Source: a virus
Direction: 5' to 3' (one strand)
Length of the DNA: 64,000 nt
IMG/VR virus record: IMGVR_UViG_3300002835_000047
Coordinates: 32,001 to 96,000 of that record
Part shown: in pieces, positions 58,408 through 64,000 of the stretch
Layout of the letters: each line of letters starts with the position of its first letter
Position numbering within the stretch: the first letter of the stretch is position 1
Notes under the pieces: generated by a model
What the model was told of the DNA's origin: nothing
Databases searched by the model: none
Seen by the model: only the letters and a program-made list of their open reading frames with translations
Made by a program: the position numbers and the translations under genes

Positions 58408-59679
58408 TTAAATCATTGTCATTTTCATAATCTCAGAATCCATCATCATTTTATTAAATTTCTGTTTGTTACCGTTAAAGATTGTTCTTACAATTAGATA
58501 TTTCAAATCATTTGTAAAATAATCTTTAGTAGATAATGCAATCAAACGGTCAATTATCTTTTGTGTAACAACATTTTCTTTTGCATAAACAAGTGCGTAA
58601 TTACACAATCTTGTAGCTAAAGTAGAAGCAATATCTGCTCTATAAGTAGTATTTTTTCCAATACAACCAGAAAGAGCTCCTAAAATATAACTTTCATTTT
58701 CATTAAGTAATAAATCTTTAGGTGAAACAAGTTTGTCCAATTTATTATTAATAAATATAGTAAACATGCTTGCAAAAGTATCTCCGACTGAACCTTCACC
58801 TATCATTTGAATAAGAGAAAGATTATCATCAAAAGATTCAATACTTGAAATTGAATTAAAAAATGTAGTAATAGATCTAGCATTTGTTTCTGTAGTAACT
58901 AACTCCGGATGCAAAAGCAAAAAGTTAATACAACGTGAATCAATACCTGCATCTTCAGCCCAACGTGCCCATACATTTATATCAAACTTTAAGTTTGCTG
59001 TAATGTAGCGTGTCTTTTGTGCATTATCGATGGAATTTACCATGTAATCCCCGTTATCCGGATTAGATGTCAAAATGATATGCCAATCTTTAGGTAGAGA
59101 CCATGAAATATAAGTTTGCCTATCTATCAATTCCATTACAGCTTGAATAAATCTTATATCCGCACGGTTCCAGTCATCAAGAAGTAAAATACCACCTTCT
59201 TTTTTATCAGCAATCCATTCCGGTGCACAATATGACATTCTGTTCTTACCGGTCATTTTATATCCATTTTTAAGATATTCAGTTACGGCAAGTTCATCAA
59301 CCCAAACACCCACTTTTTTTACTACTGTAGGTGAATTAAGTTGACTTATATTATTTGCTGCAGCAGATTTTTGGGCCGAGGTAAAGTTAACTGTATTGTC
59401 ATCAGCTTGTACTTGTTTTTCTATATACATTTGAAACTGCCTTACCGGAAAACCAACCAAGTCACCAAGTTCCTCAATTTGAGCAAGATTTAGCTTAACA
59501 AAATTCAGTTGCTTTTCAGCTGCTATTTCAACAATAGTAGATGTTTTGCCAATACCCGATTCACCCATTACTTCAATAGCAACAGAAGGTTTTTTATTAG
59601 ATTGCAAAAATCTATTATTTTCAATAATATGATTGACAAAATTTTTTAGTTCATCAATGTTTAGATTTACTTGTGCCAT
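58408..59679 (-). CDS. MoxR-family AAA+ ATPase, 423 aa
   Basis: Walker A GESGIGKT, Walker B ILLLDDWNRAD, LPKDWHIILTSNP. Confidence 0.85.
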   Translation of the reverse strand: MAQVNLNIDELKNFVNHIIENNRFLQSNKKPSVAIEVMGESGIGKTSTIVEIAAEKQLNFVKLNLAQIEELGDLVGFPVRQFQMYIEKQVQADDNTVNFTSAQKSAAANNISQLNSPTVVKKVGVWVDELAVTEYLKNGYKMTGKNRMSYCAPEWIADKKEGGILLLDDWNRADIRFIQAVMELIDRQTYISWSLPKDWHIILTSNPDNGDYMVNSIDNAQKTRYITANLKFDINVWARWAEDAGIDSRCINFLLLHPELVTTETNARSITTFFNSISSIESFDDNLSLIQMIGEGSVGDTFASMFTIFINNKLDKLVSPKDLLLNENESYILGALSGCIGKNTTYRADIASTLATRLCNYALVYAKENVVTQKIIDRLIALSTKDYFTNDLKYLIVRTIFNGNKQKFNKMMMDSEIMKMTMI

Positions 59680-59688
59680 TTTTTTTGT

Positions 59689-60864
59689 TTAGTTTAGTTT
59701 AATTGTTTTACCTGGTAGATCATAAGTAATTGTTGAAATACTACTTAGTACCCATAATGTATTATTTGGACAATTTACAGGTGCACTACATTCACCATCT
59801 GTCAAATATATAAGAGCTGTATATTTAGATTTATTACTGTTAAAGTGATCAATTACAGGTTGAAAACTTGTTCCACCACGACCTTTTATAGTTAAATCTT
59901 TTTTTGGATTAAAAACTTCTACAGAATTTAGATTTGTATCACACTGAGCAACTGTAATAACATGACCTGTTTTATGCATATGAACCAATTCTTTTGTAAA
60001 TTCTTTTAATTCATCTGTACTTACAGATCCAGAAGTATCTATTCCAACTAAAATATTGTTTTTATGTTTAATTTTTAAGCCTGGATTTTCAATATAACGT
60101 TTGTTAAATTTTCTTTTTAATTTTTTCGTATATACAATAACAGACTTACCAACAAATCTCCTGAGATACCCACGCCAATCAAATTTTGGTGGATCAATTG
60201 TATTAATCTTATCTATAATTTCCGATAGTTCTCCAGGAATTATACCTTGTTTTTTAAGTATATTGTCTGAAGTTTCTTTTAACTGGTGATCAATTTGCTT
60301 TTTTATTAGTTTCTTTTCAGAATCAGATAAATTTTCAAACTCATCCCAAGTTTTATGACTATACATACTATCACCTTCCATCTGACTTAAAATATTATTT
60401 AAAGTCTCTGATGTTCCATCTTGTTTTGCTTGCTGAAGGAGATCGTAGTAAATTTTTGTACCGGCTTTTACAGGTAATTTTAAATCCGAGAATGTACTTA
60501 AAGTTAAACCACCAGTTGGTAAATAACTTTCATCAATATATTGATTTATTTCTAAATCTGCGGCAATATTAAAAAGATCTTTATCATTAAATGAATCTCT
60601 TAATATAAGATGTCCAAATGCAATATGCAGTAACTCATGTTTTAATAAACCATGCGTATGGTCATCAGATAAACCATTAACAAATGTTGGATTTATTGAA
60701 AGTTGTACACCTATTCCATTTTTACTAACACCTGCAGTTGGTATATCTTCCCTATATGTTTTGTTTAATCCAATTAAAAATAAACCATAAAAGGGCTCTG
60801 TGAATATTAAATTTTTTGATATTTTTGATATTCTATCAGAAATTTTATTGAGGTTATTACTCAT
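59689..60864 (-). CDS. DUF2201-type metallopeptidase-vWA protein, 391 aa
   Basis: EPFYG, TAGV, KHELLH, NIAADLEIN; MIDAS IDTSGS, GRGGTSFQP, YLTDG. Confidence 0.87.
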   Translation of the reverse strand: MSNNLNKISDRISKISKNLIFTEPFYGLFLIGLNKTYREDIPTAGVSKNGIGVQLSINPTFVNGLSDDHTHGLLKHELLHIAFGHLILRDSFNDKDLFNIAADLEINQYIDESYLPTGGLTLSTFSDLKLPVKAGTKIYYDLLQQAKQDGTSETLNNILSQMEGDSMYSHKTWDEFENLSDSEKKLIKKQIDHQLKETSDNILKKQGIIPGELSEIIDKINTIDPPKFDWRGYLRRFVGKSVIVYTKKLKRKFNKRYIENPGLKIKHKNNILVGIDTSGSVSTDELKEFTKELVHMHKTGHVITVAQCDTNLNSVEVFNPKKDLTIKGRGGTSFQPVIDHFNSNKSKYTALIYLTDGECSAPVNCPNNTLWVLSSISTITYDLPGKTIKLN

Positions 60865-60875
60865 AAATTTTAATA

Positions 60876-61211
60876 TTATTTGTTATTTTGATATTTCAAT
60901 TGTTTATCATAAATATTAATAACCGTATATTTAAAATATTTTAGTAAATTAGGATTTGTAGAACCCAGATTTTTTAATTTTATTTTTGAATTAAGATTAT
61001 TTAAATCTAAACCTTCTTTATCAAGATTGAAATGTTCTCTAAATTCTACTTTTTTTGGAATAGAGTTAATATTTTTATAAAGTAATTCACAAAAAACACG
61101 AGATACTTTTAGATTTTCTATATTTGATACTGCAATTGAAAAATCATCATTATCCGCGTTAAGCATTGTAGTTAATGTTAAAAGCGTTTGGTAATCTAAA
61201 CTATCATTCAT
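60876..61211 (-). CDS. Small helical protein sharing a motif with the MoxR partners, 111 aa
   Basis: LDYQTLLTLTTMLNADNDDFSIAVSNI aligns by eye with LDEKLLDLLKGMISSSNTDDLEIAGKII. Confidence 0.5.
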   Translation of the reverse strand: MNDSLDYQTLLTLTTMLNADNDDFSIAVSNIENLKVSRVFCELLYKNINSIPKKVEFREHFNLDKEGLDLNNLNSKIKLKNLGSTNPNLLKYFKYTVINIYDKQLKYQNNK

Positions 61212-61594
61212 TTTACTTTAGGTTTTTTTTTAGGATTTATTTCAATTATTACACCCGGTTTTGTTTTATTATACTGATAATCAAAAAATACAGGTTTAAT
61301 TAAATCAGCGTTATCATCAGGAATCCAACCATAAGTAACCATATCATCTTGCACAGTTTGAGCAGGATTGATATAATCAAATTTATGTCTGGTGCCTCTA
61401 ATAAAGGTTAGTCCTATTTCTATAGGTAAATCATGTTTTGCCAATTCAGCCTTAAACTTTTCAGCATATTCCAAATAATATTTTTTTGAATATTTTCTGT
61501 AATTGACAACTGTTTTACTTGCAATAAAATATTTACCTGTCCAACGCCTTCCATTTTTAGAAGAAGGTACGTTACCTGGTATAAAAAATTTCAT
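61208..61594 (-). CDS. RusA-like Holliday junction resolvase, 128 aa
   Basis: IPGNVPSSKN, DYINPAQTVQDDM, IPDDN, KPGVIIEI. Confidence 0.75.
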   Translation of the reverse strand: MKFFIPGNVPSSKNGRRWTGKYFIASKTVVNYRKYSKKYYLEYAEKFKAELAKHDLPIEIGLTFIRGTRHKFDYINPAQTVQDDMVTYGWIPDDNADLIKPVFFDYQYNKTKPGVIIEINPKKKPKVK

Positions 61595-62559
61595 TCTTTT
61601 TTCAATATGGTTTTTAAAGTTGTTGTTAATATAGTTTTTGTTTTGTCATAACCAAATTCTTTTAAAGAATCTGATATATCCTTACTCATTTCAAGAAAAG
61701 TACCATCAATATTATAAACATCTCTATATTTTTGAATAGCATTTAAACCTGCTTTATCATTATCAAAAAGAGTTATAATTTTTTTGTACTTAATCATTAA
61801 ATTTTCAATTATATAGGCTTTAATTAGTGTATTTTCACTGTCCGGCGCTATAACATCTAAATTATAACCAAAACTTCTGAGACACATTGCATCTTTTAGC
61901 GAAGAGCAAATGACTAAGTAAGGATGATTATAGTCTAGTTGATCTAAACCTTGTATGTAAGGTTTAATCTTCAGAAATTTATTTTTCTTAAACGGCTGAT
62001 ATATCTTGTATGCCTCATTAGAACTATCGCAATAAGCATAAATATATTCAGTTTGGATGTTTATTTTAGTATTTGTATCTCTACAAATTTCAAAATCCAA
62101 TACTGGTTTTACATTATATTTTTCGAGTAAAGTTTTTCCAATTCTGTAAGAAAGCCAATATTTTGCATCATTTGTATTCCAATCTCTAAACTTTATATTT
62201 GTTACTTGCCATTTAGAGTCAAAATTTAATTCATAGTTTGTAATAGTATTGTTTTTACCAAAACTATTGTAATCATTTACAATTTTATTACAGGCATTTG
62301 AATAATCAATATCAAACATTTCCATGACCAGTGTAATCTTGTCACCATATTTTCCGGATGAAAAGTCTTTAAAATAGTATTGGTTTTCTTTTTTATTTAC
62401 ATAAATGCAAAAACTTGGTGTTTTTTCTAAAGGATTCCAAATAGATTTAAGTTTTACAGATTGACCTTTAAGATCTTCCTCTAAATTTAAATAATATTTA
62501 AAAGCCCAGTAACTTGGTACTTGATTTATTTCAAAAATAATGTTTTTTGTACTATACAT
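61591..62559 (-). CDS. DNA primase (Toprim), 322 aa
   Basis: FKDFSSGKYGD, VICSSLKDAMCL, APDSEN, FDNDKAG, KDISD. Confidence 0.85.
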   Translation of the reverse strand: MYSTKNIIFEINQVPSYWAFKYYLNLEEDLKGQSVKLKSIWNPLEKTPSFCIYVNKKENQYYFKDFSSGKYGDKITLVMEMFDIDYSNACNKIVNDYNSFGKNNTITNYELNFDSKWQVTNIKFRDWNTNDAKYWLSYRIGKTLLEKYNVKPVLDFEICRDTNTKINIQTEYIYAYCDSSNEAYKIYQPFKKNKFLKIKPYIQGLDQLDYNHPYLVICSSLKDAMCLRSFGYNLDVIAPDSENTLIKAYIIENLMIKYKKIITLFDNDKAGLNAIQKYRDVYNIDGTFLEMSKDISDSLKEFGYDKTKTILTTTLKTILKKE

Positions 62560-62565
62560 AAAATT

Positions 62566-62595
62566 AAAAAGAGCAGGCTATTAACCTGCTCTTTT
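62566..62595. terminator. Bidirectional intrinsic terminator-like hairpin
   Basis: AAAAGAGCAGG-CTATTAA-CCTGCTCTTTT; A tract on one side, T tract on the other. Confidence 0.8.
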
Positions 62596-62615
62596 ACATT
62601 TTTAAATATTAAAAA

Positions 62616-63278
62616 CTAGAGTTCAAAATCATCTCCAGAATTTACTGGTGCTTCAAAAGTATCAACTCGATTAGCTTCTTTTTTCACAAATTTCCTTACA
62701 TGTTCATCATAGTTGAATGTAATTAATCTGCTAGATTCAGAATTAAGACTTTCCATTGGTACACCATTTTTAGAAATGCGGGGCAAATGCAAATCTACAT
62801 TGATATAGCCTTCGGTGTTTTCCCATTCTCTACCACCAATACAAGCATTAATGTACTCCGTGTTTTTAAAAATGGTTTTACACTTGTCCATAAAGGCATC
62901 AATTGTATCAACATTGATATCATCCACTTCATTTCTCTTACCGGTTACATCTGCAAGAAAAGCAATAGATTTCAAAATTTCTTGATCTTTATTGATTTTT
63001 CTACCGTTATCTAGAACAGCATCCTTAAACGGATAAGGTGTCATCCTTACTTTTCCAACTTGGCCTTTGTAACGAGGACCATTTGGATTTGCGGCATCTA
63101 TTAGAAATCCTTGAAATTCGCCGTTTATAGGCTCACTTTCAACATTCAAAACAATATTGAATGAGTTTTTGTCATAAGGAGTTGCCTCAAAAGATAGACT
63201 GTTAATTTTGATTTTACAGTTACCAGGTGAAAGAACTGGACTTACACGATTTGATGAAACATTTTTTGTACTTAGCAT
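62616..63278 (-). CDS. Putative single-stranded DNA-binding protein, 220 aa
   Basis: PGNCKIKINSL beta start, acidic tail SGDDFEL; lies between Sak4-like ATPase and primase. Confidence 0.6.
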   Translation of the reverse strand: MLSTKNVSSNRVSPVLSPGNCKIKINSLSFEATPYDKNSFNIVLNVESEPINGEFQGFLIDAANPNGPRYKGQVGKVRMTPYPFKDAVLDNGRKINKDQEILKSIAFLADVTGKRNEVDDINVDTIDAFMDKCKTIFKNTEYINACIGGREWENTEGYINVDLHLPRISKNGVPMESLNSESSRLITFNYDEHVRKFVKKEANRVDTFEAPVNSGDDFEL

Positions 63279-63295
63279 TTTTTTTGGTTTAAAGG

Positions 63296-63979
63296 TTAAT
63301 TTTCATATTTTTTAATGCATTCTTTTACAAATGCCAAATCATTAGGAATAAATTCCTGATCAAACATTTCCATTGGTGTTTTACATGTTGTTTCACCATC
63401 TGTTTTGGTTGCAAACACGTATGATAAACTACCATCTTCTTGTTTAATTACTTTACCGAATAATACAATTGAGAATAGACCCTCTAATGTAAGAGCATTA
63501 TCAATCATTTTACCCACTGTTTTAGCTTTAATTTTTCTTTTACCATTAATATCCGTGCTATCTTCAGAATGGGTCAGAAAAAATATATATAAGTCCTCTC
63601 TCAAGTCTTTAGGATATTTTGCTACTGCAGCTAGATTAGCTGCAATAGATGTAAATTTATCATATCCCTTTTCAGACGCTTTATCAAAGTACTCAAAGCT
63701 TGACATATACTGCCAGTCATCAATAATTAAATTTTTGATATGTGGCATTTTTTCATTTACGTGGGCCATTGTTTTCATAACACCGGGCCCTGAAGATACA
63801 TTTACTAAATTTCCATCTGGATTTTCTTTGTTTAACGTTTTATATTTACTCTTCCAACCTTTAAATGGTAAAGGTTTATTTGCAATATTAACAATTACTG
63901 TTTCTTTTGGATCTAAATTCCTGATGGATGTTGATTTACCAGAACCAGATTCTGCGATCACTAATATACTATGTGCCAT
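63296..63979 (-). CDS. Sak4-like (AAA_24) ATPase, 227 aa
   Basis: IAESGSGKSTS, IIDDWQY, KTVGKMID, EGLFSIV, KTPMEMF. Confidence 0.85.
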   Translation of the reverse strand: MAHSILVIAESGSGKSTSIRNLDPKETVIVNIANKPLPFKGWKSKYKTLNKENPDGNLVNVSSGPGVMKTMAHVNEKMPHIKNLIIDDWQYMSSFEYFDKASEKGYDKFTSIAANLAAVAKYPKDLREDLYIFFLTHSEDSTDINGKRKIKAKTVGKMIDNALTLEGLFSIVLFGKVIKQEDGSLSYVFATKTDGETTCKTPMEMFDQEFIPNDLAFVKECIKKYEN

Positions 63980-64000
63980 GTTTATTTTTTTACTTTTTTT

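Noticed and set aside
38749-63014. Opposite-strand or nested ORFs in RNR, basic-protein and replication genes (38749, 39178, 40953, 41468, 41515, 42948, 48332, 53712, 55993, 56292, 57731, 60101, 62787)
   Set aside because: Fully overlap well-supported genes; no independent evidence
133-63979. Stop-codon reassignment (TAG or TGA read as an amino acid), known in some crAss-like phages
   Set aside because: 5112-aa and 1883-aa ORFs are intact under code 11; TAG ends genes at natural boundaries (7854-7856; 43069-43071 directly followed by the next ATG; 62616-62618); TGA at 45639-45641 abuts a convergent gene
1-64000. CRISPR array, tRNA genes, integrase, inteins or introns
   Set aside because: Intergenic gaps are at most ~170 nt with no regularly spaced repeats or cloverleaf seen; PolB, NrdA and NrdB have normal or minimal lengths with contiguous motifs

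Overview
A 64-kb segment of an AT-rich, crAss-like (Crassvirales-related) dsDNA phage, probably infecting an aquatic Bacteroidota host: starts lack Shine-Dalgarno sites, two TAnnTTTG promoter elements are present, and the RNR is Flavobacterium-type. It uses the standard genetic code. Plus strand 1-36918 holds the virion module: end of a tail ring gene, a 1814-aa muzzle/stabilization protein, three cargo proteins, a 1047-aa ejection protein, a 5112-aa virion RNA polymerase polyprotein (DFDID) and an 1883-aa ejection protein with a PD-(D/E)XK nuclease. Minus strand 36953-39931 is an RNR island (class Id-like NrdA/NrdB). Plus strand 40102-45641 has membrane/lysis genes, a cluster of tiny Lys-rich proteins and fibre proteins. 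Minus strand 45642-63979 has early/replication genes: DUF932-like, spore photoproduct lyase, dNMP kinase, MazG-like, PolB, thioesterase, exonuclease, MoxR-vWA module, resolvase, primase, SSB-like and Sak4-like. Capsid, portal, terminase, helicase and endolysin are not in the window. No tRNA, CRISPR, integrase, intein or RT was seen. Most notable observations: (1) a [MYFAKL]-[QRK]-x-G-G motif shared by cargo and small basic proteins that brackets enzymatic modules; (2) the two giant ejection proteins each contain a single Cys, at their adjoining termini; (3) a spore-like SPL plus small-basic-protein pairing; (4) a five-gene MoxR-vWA module with three partners sharing a motif. All family assignments come from motif recognition by eye; no database searches were run.
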